A stretch of 63,519 bases of DNA, counting the filler, from Olpidium bornovanus S191 (Eukaryota > Fungi > Olpidiomycota): assembly GCA_017911155.1 (NCBI GenBank). It is 25 parts of 25 records of this genome, joined end to end, with 100 filler letters (N's around TTAATTAATTAA, not from the genome) between each part and the next. Parts side by side here need not be neighbours in the genome. Positions count along the whole stretch, not along the records: positions 51,425 to 53,095 come from JAEFCI010013218.1; positions 53,196 to 55,483 come from JAEFCI010003440.1; positions 55,584 to 61,202 come from JAEFCI010002524.1; positions 61,303 to 62,402 come from JAEFCI010004299.1; 21 more parts are not named here. One strand, written 5' to 3'. Below are positions 51,425 through 62,306 of the stretch, in pieces. How positions within the stretch are numbered: position 1 is the first letter of the stretch; each line of letters begins with the position of its first letter. The translations under genes and the position numbers were made by a program. The notes under the pieces were generated by a model. That model saw only the letters and a program-made list of their open reading frames with translations. It ran no database searches and had not been told where the DNA came from.

Positions 51425-53095
51425 CATGCAGCCGGAGGCGAACACAGCGAATCTCGTGGAGGACGGTGCGACGCTGGCCGGAGATCCCCAGGGTATCAAA
51501 AGGCCTTCGCAAAGCGCCGGATCTACGCATTCCGTCCGGCGCCCCCCTGGTTCCTTGACTGATTTATCAAAGTTAGGCTCAATTCCAGCAGAGCCTCTTC
51601 TCACCAGCGGCACTATCTCCGTATCTACGCGGGTGGCTGCTCCATGGACTCAGGGAAGTGCCGACGCGGCGCCACAGCTCTATGCTGGGCGCGCAATCCC
51701 TGCTTTCTCACCTTCGGTGCCCGCTGAATCCAGAGGGCTCCTTTCACCAATTGCCGCCGAAGAAGAATATTCGTCCCCAACGTCCCTTTTCGCAACGGAC
51801 GACTACTTCTCAGTGACATCCCCTACCGACCATCCGCGCCACCAATATGACGGCAGGACGCCGCTCGTGCCAGCCACCCCTTCTACAGAAGCGTTGCTTT
51901 CACTGCAACGCCCCGTTCTCGCCGGCTCCCCAATTTCCAATGCGAGGTCGTCACACTCGGTGAATGGAAGCGAAGGCTTGCTACAGCATCCTCCGGCGCC
52001 GGCGGCGGTCCTAACTTCGGCCACCGACAAGACCTTTATGCGAAAACTGAGGAATTTGTCAGTAAAAGTGTCCCCTCAAGTCAGGTCGCTCGTGGCCGCC
52101 GCGACCTCGCCAGCAACAGAAGCGCCGCCGTGCAGCGCTCCGGCGTCGCCGTCTGCCCCATCGGCTCGGTCGACGGGACCGGGGGCTGTGCGGGCTACCA
52201 ACCGTGACGACGGCTTTTTAGCGCCTGTGTTCGCCAACTCCGAGACGCCCTTCATCGACATTTCAGGGTCTACCGTTCTGTGCCTGTCTGAGGAGGTGCA
52301 CGAAGGCAGCAAAGGCGGCGACGTGTGGCGGGGTACGGTCAACAGCCTGCGGGACCCTGCGGAAGCGCAGCGAATGGAGAGCGCTGCGCCGGCTTGGCTG
52401 CTGGCGTACTTGCTGGAAGACAAGATCCCGCCGCGGGACATCGTCAAGATCGCCTTTGTGCTGAAGCCGGACGATTCGCCCGGAAGGTTGCCGCTCGCGG
52501 ACCTACCAGCCGGGTGCGAGCAGCGATCCAAATTTATTGCCCATTTGGATCGCAATTTGACAATACCCGATTTTCTCGCTCACTTCAACGTTGCGTTTCA
52601 CCGCGCGCGTGATCGACAGGCAAAACCGCCTCACGGCGAATCGGATGCTACGGGTACGAAAGGTGATCGCGTACGTTGTGGAAAAGCTGGACCTAGTGGC
52701 CCCGCCGAACCAGAATTCAACGGCGGCCGAAGGGACCGAATCCCCAGCCAACCAAGCAGGCAGCGTGGTGACTGGTTCGCCGACCTTGCCGACCACACCG
52801 TTCTTGCCGGAAGAATGGATAGAGCTACTCTGTAATGGACAGGTGAGGAGACAAAGTCGTGCCCGGCGGTCATACCCTCAGCAGCTTGCCGGGCGTTAAA
52901 GCATGAGGCGACCGCCATCTGAAATGCTTTCCGTCCTTGTGATGCTTCGTGCTGATCGTCTTCGCTGTACTCCCCCTCAGGTCTTGTCGCCAACTGCGAC
53001 GCTCGCCACCGTTCGCACGCACGTGTGGAAACAAGGCGGTGATCTACAGATGAGATACCGTATCAGGCTGCGCCCCGCTGCCTGTCCCAGCGAGC
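51425..53095 (+). CDS. WDR48/UAF1 (Duf1/Bun107)-like protein, C-terminal DUF3337 region
   Basis: APAWLL.YLL.DKIP, KIAFVLKP, RLTANRMLRVRKVIAYVVEKL, PEEWIELLCNGQ/VL.P.ATLATVRTHVWKQGGD. Confidence 0.85.
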
Positions 53096-53378
53096 NNNNN
53101 NNNNNNNNNNNNNNNNNNNNNNNNNNNNNNNNNNNNNNNTTAATTAATTAANNNNNNNNNNNNNNNNNNNNNNNNNNNNNNNNNNNNNNNNNNNNCCCCC
53201 CCCCGCTTTTTTTTTTTTCCTTTCCCCCATTATTTCTATTTTTTTTATTGTTTTCTCTTTTTTTCCTTTTCTTTTCCGCCATTATTCCCGCTTTTTTTTT
53301 TCCTTTTTTTGCGGCCGCTTTGGCTCGCCAATGCATGCAAACGTTAAACTAATATGTGCCATTTATGCGCATAACTAG

Positions 53379-54941
53379 AGAGCGCAGTGCCACCAGTGCC
53401 GCCAGGAGATGTCGGGGTCGCAGATGCTTCACTGCAGCACATGCTCCCAGAACGCATACTGCGGCAAGTGTATGTGGACTGCCTACGGCGAGCGGATTTA
53501 CGAACTTGCACGTTTGAAGACCTGGGATTGCCACGCGTGCCGGAAGGAGTGTAAGTGTTCCGACTGCAAGAATTGCCCGGACAACGTCCCGCGCGACGAT
53601 TTGAAACCGGAAGCTTTCCGGCCGAGAGACGCATTCTACGAGGCGCCTGACCCTGAGCGGTTCAGGTTGAGCGTTTTTGATACGATCAGGGCCGAGGTAC
53701 GGCGTATAACTTTTTTCTGCTTGCGGCGCCTCACGTCATGCTGCCGCATTTATAATGTGAGACAACTATCCCGAATTTGACCTTTTACATTCGAAGTGGC
53801 AGGAGAGCGCAACGCGAAAGGAGCCTTTCATCCGTCAGCAAACCGGCGGTGAATCGAGTTCGTCCAACGGCCGGCCGGGCCAAACGGGGACGGAAACAAG
53901 TGGAGCAGGCGATTTGCCGATGACGGGAGCTGAGTTGAGCGCGGCTGTGCCGCCGCCATCTTTGGAGCCGCTGGAGAGCGCAGCACGCCCACCAGGTTGC
54001 CAAGCGGATCCCCCAATTGGTAGGTTCAATGATGTGAAAGGATGCCGAAAAGGGTTTGAAATTTCCACCACGAGAGCACAGTTTCTAAAACTGCCTTAAC
54101 CGCGACTCGCCAGCTGCCATCAAAACCAGAAGCACGTCTTCATCGCAGCCGCACAAGAGGAAGCGCGGAAGACCTTCGAGCCGCCGCGGTTGGTGGTCAT
54201 GGTGATTTTCGTGCGATGCCCCGGTGTCGGGGGTCTCTGTCTGACGGCCGCTGGCCTTAGTCGATGAAGAAGCCCCGGCGGCCAAGCGCCGCACGGTGAA
54301 GAAGACGCAGACGGCCGCCACGTCGGCGCAACCTGAGGCGATGGACTGCGGTGAGTTTGATTTCCCTGACCAGCCGTTTCGCGTTTGGTCTCCGGATCGC
54401 CTGCGTCCGGTGCTCATTTCCGTTCGTGTTTCACGCTGCTGCCACAGGGAACGGCGACGGGAAACTGCCGGCTCCCAGGCGACGCGGGAGGGCATCGGCT
54501 GATAATTCCTTGCGCCGCGTGACGCGAGGCCAGACCGCTGCTCGGCAGGCGGCGTCGTCGCCTCGCTCGACGAACACGCAGAAGGAGCCGGCCCAGTCCT
54601 TCCCCGCCACGGCGGATCCTCACGGTCCCGCGTCCGCCGGCAACGTCAACCACCCGGCTTTTATGCCGAACATGACCGACGCCGCGCGCGTGAACATCAT
54701 CGCGCAGCAGCTCAGGCGCTACTTCTCGGAGAAGGGCTTGAACCGCAGCCAGGCTGCCCTCCAGGAGGCCGTGGCGGGCGACGCCAGCGAGTTCGCGCGC
54801 CCGACGGCCGCGGACCGCCTGGCGGAGTTCATGGCCATGCAGAAGATGGTCTGCGACTTCTTCGGAGCCGGGCACCCGCTCGCCCGCGCGATTGTTGAGG
54901 ATCTTGCGGAGAACGGCGCGGGGTTCCTAGCCGGAGACTAG
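53379..54941 (+). CDS. zf-4CXXC_R1 (CDCA7/JMJ-type) zinc-finger protein, partial
   Basis: CHQCRQ..CSTC..YCGKCMWTAYGE..WDCHACRKECKCSDC in exon 53379-53696; joining to the downstream KRKRGRP segment and the ORF ending 54941 is inferred. Confidence 0.75.
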
Positions 54942-55806
54942 TTAGGGAGGTCCCCCCCCCCCCCTCATCCTCTCCCCGCCGCCCCCCGCCTCCGCCCGCC
55001 GGCGGGTTTTGCTTTTGCCTGCAGGCGGGACTTTGTTCTTTTTCTTTTCTTTTTCCCGCTTTCACGAGAGAACAGACGCTCAGAAGGCGGTCTGCGAACT
55101 CCCTTCGTTATCCGGGCGTCCCGCTCGGCCTTGCGCATCTCTCAGGGTGCTGGGGAGGTCGGCGCAGGGTTTCTATGACCGGAGGAGAGTACGATCAGGA
55201 GATCCACTCCCTCCTTCGGCACACACCCCCACGTCTTCCCCCCCCCCCCCCCCAGTCCCCTTCCCACCCGCCGGCGTCGTGGGCATTATTCATCTATCAT
55301 GCGAGCAGACGCTCGCATATGTTCATAATCATACCAAAATCATGGCCTGCTGGGGAAAAGCGGTTTTCGTGCGCCCGGTTTCGGATCGGGAAATTTGGGG
55401 GGCGAGAACGCCGCCGCCTGGGTATCTCGCACGGGTTTCTCGCGCGCCGCATGTCAAACATCCTGTTGGGTACGAGAAGGAGGNNNNNNNNNNNNNNNNN
55501 NNNNNNNNNNNNNNNNNNNNNNNNNNNTTAATTAATTAANNNNNNNNNNNNNNNNNNNNNNNNNNNNNNNNNNNNNNNNNNNNCATGAATAAGGATATGT
55601 TTTTCGGTTTCATATCTTGTATACGGAGACAGTTTGTCTGCGACCAAATGAATAATAGCTCGTTTTAACCACCGATCATCTGAATAATGTCTTTGTAAAT
55701 TGAGAAAAAATAGATTCCGATTTGATTGATTGGGAGCAGATATTGAGTAGGTAGCATTAGCAAGATTAAGACACAGTTGTCTTTTTAAGGCAGATGTAAA
55801 AGAATA

Positions 55807-58245
55807 ATGGCGTTTTTCGGAGAGGAGGACATTGTTTGGGAAACCGCGTCTGACCTGTCTGTCGAGTTGACGGCGAAATCGGACACGGGATGCCTATCGG
55901 ATGGACCAAAATCGCGAACCAGTTGACCGACAAATTGCCCGAAAGTTACCGTTCACTCGCCATACGGAGAGAATTTTGTGGCTGAGATTGTCGTGAAAGG
56001 GATCAAAGACTTTCTCGAACACGTGAAATGGACTCTTGGTGTTTCCTGGAACTTCACCGGGATGGTGATAGATGTGGTCGCGATCGAGCCCGGCGCTGAA
56101 TGTACGTGCGTGAGCAGAAGACGACCAGGAGGGCCAGATTCGAATCGGATTTTGCGGAGAGCGAAGGGTTCTGGGAACATCTGGCCGAGTGCATCAAAAC
56201 GAGTACAGCTCCGGTGTGGCTTAGGGTCAAAACAGACAAGTTCAGCGGCCAGCTTGCTGGCTGTTATATTGACTGGAAAATGCGAAACATTGTGTTCTGG
56301 TTCGAGAGAAAGATACTAACGGAACTGCAGATGACCGTGATCGCCGGTGTCGAAGAGATCGCTTCCGGAGTGACGGTCAAACTTGTTCGGTGTGCTGATC
56401 ACGAGATCTGTTACCAAGAAAACGACTGAATTTTCATCTGTCTAAACAAAAGTTCTGCAGATTCGAAAAAGGATCCGGCCGACGTCCGCAGGAAGATCTG
56501 GTCCGCCGCGGATGACGACGACATTTTCAACAGGCCGATTCATACGGCAGGATGGCCTGGCGCGGATGACGACGACATTTTCAACAGGGCGATTCATACG
56601 GCAGGACATATCATAGCGGTCTGCAAAGAATATGGTGCAAATTCGCGAGTCTACGATGCGGTCTCCAGAAAGTGGGCCGGATATAACAAGGAGGGGCAAA
56701 CCGTCGTGCGTCTCGCTAAGGTGGTCTCTGCTATCGAAATTCTAGAGAGCATTTCGGTTGCGAAGTCTGGAGTGGATGTCGAAGCTTCTGCCGAGGTCGA
56801 CGAGCACTGGGGATACTACGACTTCGAGACCGTCCAGCTACCGGACGAATAGTTCCAGAGGGTGTACGCTTTCTCTCTGGTCCTTCCGGATCAGGCTCTT
56901 GATAAAAATTCAGTCCGGCGAGGTGAAGGACCTCCTGAAATCGTTCCCGTCTGGCCCATATGACAACATCGACGCCGGAGACTGGGTAGTCGACGTCAAC
57001 GATATCATGGTCGACATCCTGGCGGCCAGGTGCGAGGCTCTGCACGGCAGAATCCACCACGAAGACGTGCTATTGGTGGACGCTAAAAGCATGTATCCGA
57101 GCCGGAGGGCGCTCGAGGGGTTTCCGTGCGGTGGGATGTTCGGAACGACGTCCTTCGTGGAGGGAAAGCTCGGCATGTACAGGGTGAAGATTTGCAGTCA
57201 AAACCACCCTGCGGTTATTCCTTACCAGAGGGACAAGTTTGAGCCCTACGACTGGAAGTCGAAGGAGGTTTTCTACAAGTGGGTGACGAGCGTCAATGTC
57301 GAAGAACTCCTGGAGAACGGAGCAGACTTCGACGTCATCAGGGGTTTCGTATGGGAAGGTCGCACGAAGGAATATTTCTGCTCCTTCATGCGAAAGCCGT
57401 ACGATCTTCGGAGAGAGGAGAAGCAAAATGTGCCCCTCAATCTCCACTACAACATCCTGATGAATGCCTTGCTCGGAAAGCTGATCCAGGACCAGTTCCG
57501 GGAATATGCCGTTATGACCACGAAAGACCGTCTGGAAGCCATGCAGAAGAAGTACGGCCAGGTCGTGGCGGTGTGCTCCATGTACGGCAACAAACAGCTG
57601 GCGTGCACCTTCAAGCCGAGGACGCTGAGATCATCGCAGACAAATCTGATCGAATTGAAGAAAGAAGTCTGCAAGGAAGCCGTTGTCACGAGACCAGGTC
57701 TCCTCACATGTTTCGTCCTGCCATATTCTCGGAAAGAGCTCCGGAGGGTGTGGGGTGCGGTGGAGAGCATCAAGGATGATTGCCGTAGGGTGTACTGCGA
57801 TACCGGCAGTCTGGTATTCACAAACTCCGACTTCGCAGAGTCGAGATTGGAAACCATGGGAATCTTCGGAGATGACTTCATGGAGTGGGAGATCGAGATG
57901 GAACATGCGGAGGCGTACATCGTCAAAACCAAGACGTACGGTCTCAAGAGTTCCGTCAAGGATAAGGTCCGGATCAAGGGCGTCAAGAAGATGTCCGACT
58001 GCAGGACAGACAGCTCCGGATCCGACGAGCTTCGAGTGGCGGACGTTCGGAGGATCAAAGGTGCGACATCCTTCGAGGAGAAGAGCAGAATCTACGAGGA
58101 GATTTTTCGAAACGTGGCATCTGACGGCACGAAATTGCGGAAAGAGGACAAAGAGAAGCTCGGGCCAAAATTTGAATACATCAGAGATATGTTCAACGGA
58201 GAGCCGTTGACAGCCGTGGACTTTCAGTTCCACAAGAAGATGTGA
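55807..58245 (+). pseudogene. Protein-primed-type family B DNA polymerase (Polinton/virus/plasmid class), disrupted
   Basis: Exo I YYDFET (about 56814-56831, different frame), ARCE..G, motif A VDAKSMYPS (57079), GKLGMYRVKI, motif B ILMNALLGKLIQ, motif C YCDTGS (57793), KTKTY, KVRIKGV; no introns; 5' boundary approximate. Confidence 0.85.
56508..56606 (+). repeat. 54-bp-period in-frame duplication (ADDDDIFNR.IHTAG x2)
   Basis: gcggatgacgacgacattttcaacagg.cgattcatacggcagga at 56508 and 56562. Confidence 0.93.
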
Positions 58246-58363
58246 GGTATCGTGAAAAAGTATGTGGTGAAGACGATGTGATGGATTGATAATATTCTAA
58301 AAAGTGCGATGATGTATACAGCTCGCAAGAATGTCGGGATTTGTGGGAATTTATACTTGAATA

Positions 58364-58708
58364 ATGTTGGGATCGTGTGAAACAAAATATTGTTCGCGGT
58401 GCAAGGAACATAGGAACGTGACCGACTTCTACGCCGGGCAATTGTGGTGCAAGAAGTGCAGGTTCGACTACCAGACAAAACGTCGAAAAACAATCTCCGC
58501 ACCAGTTTCACCGAATCCCAGCCTACCACAATTTCCTGAAAATGCAGACCCCTTTGAAATTCTTCGGGAAAAAAAGGTTCCAAATGTGAAAGTTGTAAAA
58601 ATGGTGGACGCCGAAACGCAGACTCCGTGTCGTCCGGAGGAGGATTATCACCAGCACAACCATTATCACGCCGCCGGATCGACGATCGTGTTTTGCAACA
58701 TCCTTTAA
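58364..58708 (+). CDS. Small CxxC..CxxC zinc-ribbon protein
   Basis: Intact ORF: KYCSRCKEHRNVTDFY....WCKKCRFDY, a C..C..K...F...C..C pattern common in phage and large-virus small proteins. Confidence 0.6.
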   Translation: MLGSCETKYCSRCKEHRNVTDFYAGQLWCKKCRFDYQTKRRKTISAPVSPNPSLPQFPENADPFEILREKKVPNVKVVKMVDAETQTPCRPEEDYHQHNHYHAAGSTIVFCNIL

Positions 58709-59149
58709 AAGGTGTGAGAAGCACCTCTTTCCGAATCTCCCGTCCGCAGGATGTCATACCTCAGAACGTAACACATGATAACAGATCCTACACTAACGAG
58801 CACCACACCTTCGGAGAGAAGATTGTCATATGCAACGTGTTGTAAACGATGCTTTTAAAATGGATTCGGATCGAAAATAATCCTCCGCAACATCATGCGA
58901 GCTCCAAACCAGGGGATCAGGTTTTTGTTCGGCTTGGCCGAGCCCGCCGCCCATCCGTCCTGGGCGCGAGCCTGCCGCGGCTCCGTTACCTTGTTCGGAA
59001 GCCACGTCTTCTCTTTGCCCTTCCGCTGTTTGTACGGCTCGTTGTTTGTTTTTTTTTCGCAGGGTACCCCACGCACGCACGTCTTTTCTTCTGTACCATG
59101 CGCAACGTGCTTTCTACGATGGACGAGGTATCCTGGAGCCCTTGTTACC

Positions 59150-59760
59150 CTATGTTCGCACACACGCGAACCGGAGCGCCCGAACTTTTGGGGTGCGACG
59201 GGCTGAATATCGATTGCAGAGGGGCGGGAAGGGGGGTAAGAAGAGCGGAGCGATCCCCGAGAAGCATGGCGGCGAAGGAGGGATTGCCCGTGGATGACCG
59301 GAGTGACATGACCGTCATGACCGTCAAGTTATCAACAGGGTATCTTACCGTAATCAAATATGACGCGGAACTGCGATTCGGTGCAACAAACCAAATATAC
59401 CTGAGCATTGTCAGAATAAGATTGCGAACAATCAAAGCGGTTTGCAGGCAGACAACAGCAAAAGCTTTGGATAATTATGCTCCGAAAATCTTTGCGGGAA
59501 CGCGAGGGTGGCGGAATCGACCAGCTCACGCGAAACAGCCGTCGCGATCTCGGAGCACAACCGCTCATCAATGACGACTTGCTCCCAACGTCGGAACTCC
59601 CATTCGAGGTCGAGGTAGAGTTTGCAAGTCATAGCCTCCAAAACCAATAATTTCGCAAAATGACGGTTGCATACTTATGCGGAGTCGATTATAAATCTCG
59701 TAGACCTGGCCGACAATCAACTGCTTCGAATATGTGGTGATCATCTTATTTTCCGGGCCT
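59150..59760 (-). pseudogene. PrimPol-like archaeo-eukaryotic primase (AEP) relic
   Basis: SFCEII / CKLYLDLEW (about 59600-59626; cf. YEVI..CKLYFDLEF), LLLSACK, later IDIQPV..QKF; frameshifts and stops. Confidence 0.55.
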
Positions 59761-60974
59761 GTTTCTGTGGTAACACGTGCCGCGGGCCATGATGACGGGC
59801 TGCGCACCCGTGCCTGCCGCAGGGTTCTCGCGGCGCCCATTCCTGAGCCAGCGCAGAGCCTTGGGAAATTCAGTTACTATGGAACTTTGGTATGGACGCG
59901 GAACCCACGCGTCGTCCATGTTGAGTGTCAAAAACGGTGTTGCGGCGCGGCGGCGTTTCGCGGGCTCGGCAGTGCGGTATTGCGGCGTTGCGGCACGGCG
60001 GCGGAGCGGCGGAGTGGCCCGGCGGCGTGGCAGCGGTTTCGGCGTGGGGGCGCTGCGGCGTTGTTGCTTACCGCTTTTGAGCGCCGTTGGTGCAGATGAC
60101 ATAATGGTTGTAATTTATTGTCTTCCATGTAAATAATTATGGAAAGTTATCATTTATATATGTTAGTGTTACCAAAATGCTCGTTGATGCCGCGCAGCAA
60201 AACTGACGCTACGCCACGCCAAAACTTGAATTTCAGCGCCACTTCGTGTGCAAGCGTTTACCCCAGGATATCATTGGGTAATCATAACCTTTGAAGCGGA
60301 TTTGCCCCCATACCCACTCGCCCCCCCCCCCACCGCATCCTCTCACACCCTAACCCCCTCGCCCTTTCCGGCACCTCCGAGGATAAGAAGTCCGCCGCCG
60401 CCAACGCAGAATAAGAGAACCCCGCCGCGCCCAGGACAAAAAACAAAGAACCCCGCCGCCCCCAGCACAAAAACAAAAGAAAAAAGGTCATAACATAGCC
60501 TCGCACGCGTGTTTTGGGGGCGCGCCGCCGCGGGCAGTGCGCGGGTTCGCGCCGTCGAGTTCCTGGAAAAGGCGAAAGACGGGAAGGTACAGCTTCCGAT
60601 ACCGGGCTCTCATAAAGCGGGATAGCAACTTCCCTGCAATGTCCTTGAACGACATGGTGCAACTTGGGTTCTGCTACACAGACGCGCCTCCGGAGTAGCA
60701 GCCGCGAGACGGTGACAAAGGGATGAAAAACAAGGCACTGATTGACCGAGAATTGCAGGTTAATTGATGGCTTGGCGAACTCGATCCCCAAACTGGTAAG
60801 CTGCGCTTTTGCTATGTGCCTGTCTCTCTGTCACCCATATCTGTCAAAAAATCTGTTAACTCCGCGTAACGGACACGGCGAAACTGCGCTTGAACGGACC
60901 TGGGGGTGCACAAGATGCATCAAGAGAATCGAAGAAGTCGAACGTGAAGCTGATCTTCAAGGGCAAAAGATGGG

Positions 60975-61175
60975 CCACGGCCGGCGGCACGTCAACAGGG
61001 ACGCCGGCGTCGCCGTCGCCGAAAATTCCGGTGCACGAGATGAGCCACGGCCGCCGAATCAACAGGACGCCGGCGTCGCCATCGCCGAAAACTTCAGTGC
61101 ACCAGACGAGCCACGGCCGCCACATCAGTCGTGCGTCGCCGAAGCGGCCCGCCCACAAGATGAGCCGCGGCCGCC
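60975..61175 (+). repeat. 66-bp coding tandem repeat (DAGVA.AEN..A.DEPRPP.Q)
   Basis: gacgccggcgtcgcc at 61000 and 61066; ccacggccgcc at 61045 and 61111. Confidence 0.85.
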
Positions 61176-61370
61176 GCGTCGAGAGGACGATGCGGAAAAC
61201 GCNNNNNNNNNNNNNNNNNNNNNNNNNNNNNNNNNNNNNNNNNNNNTTAATTAATTAANNNNNNNNNNNNNNNNNNNNNNNNNNNNNNNNNNNNNNNNNN
61301 NNCCGCTTCCTCCCCGCCCCACCGCCTCCGACCAAGACCCGCGCGCTTCTTCTCTCTCCCTCGGCCGACA

Positions 61371-62306
61371 ATGGCGACCGTGCCCGACGTGCTGCAGCAG
61401 CTGCCCGCGGCTCGCCTGCTGCTCGGCACGGAGCTGGGAAGGTTCGTCGCAAAAATCAACAGGGCGAAGAACGCGAAGGTGAGGGCGAGCGGTGCCGGAA
61501 GGAGACAGGTCGAACGCGCGGCGGCGGCGGCGACGGCGGCGGCCCCGAGATCGTGGTCCGACACTCTCGGTCCGTATGGGATGACGACGACGCCGACGAC
61601 GATTATGACGATCTATGCTCCCTCCCTTTTGTCTGTGGCTTTGTCGCGCCCGCGACTAAGCAAGAAGACATGGAAGCCGCGGAGGAGGTGGGCCGGCTGA
61701 GGATCAGGTTCGCTGCCCCGCACGTCCAGGCGGTGAGCGCAAAGTCCGGATTTGAGGCGAGAGCGCCTGGGAGGGGCGGGGCGGCCACCCTCCCAGAAAA
61801 CTGAAAGACGACCCTTTGCTCGCGCGCGCGCTTCGCGTTCCGGGGCCAGAGCAAGATACGGGACTACCTCGTCACGGCCATTTACTGCGAAATGTGCGTC
61901 GCAGAAGAAGGCCGCGCCGCCCTTTTCCGCTCCCCTCCCTCTTCCCCCTCCCCGGTTGTGCGGGCGCCGCGCTCGGCTTTCGAAAACGCTGCGGGTGTGA
62001 GCCGCGGAGCACAACCGTGGACTTGAAAACCACCTTCGTTTTCTTAAGGCTCGGTCGATCGACCCGGGATTTCGGCCCGCTTCATGCAATCTCTTTCTCG
62101 CAGCACGCGCAGACGTTCAAGGAGAAGAGGATAGGTAGCTCGGACAAACAAACTTAGTTCCCCTCGACGGAGCGTGGAACGTCGGGCTTGCTTCCCGTCT
62201 GTAGGGCTTTCTGACGTGCACTTCGCGAACAGGCTACCTTGCAGCGGCAATTTTCCTGCGGAACAACGATGACATTTCTATCATGCTCGTGAATACGCTG
62301 ATCAGG
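61371..62306 (+). CDS. AP4E1: AP-4 adaptor complex subunit epsilon, N-terminal exons
   Basis: MATVPDVLQQLP..LGRFVAKINRAKNAK|..EEVGRLR..|KIRDYLVTAIYCEM|..FGPLHAISFSQ...KEKRIG|YLAAAIFL..DDISIMLVNTLIR; IYCEM..FG..HAI..Q..EKR.GYL is the epsilon-adaptin pattern; exon joins inferred. Confidence 0.8.

Noticed and set aside
56758-58245. Giant-virus (NCLDV) or cellular PolB
   Set aside because: Lacks the delta-like context (DFxSLYPSI, YGDTDS with long conserved flanks); spacing and the RCE..G, GK..Q and KGV features fit the protein-primed class.
59920-60075. GCGGCG-rich stretch as a structured origin or terminal hairpin
   Set aside because: Low-complexity; no long clean inverted repeat could be traced by eye.
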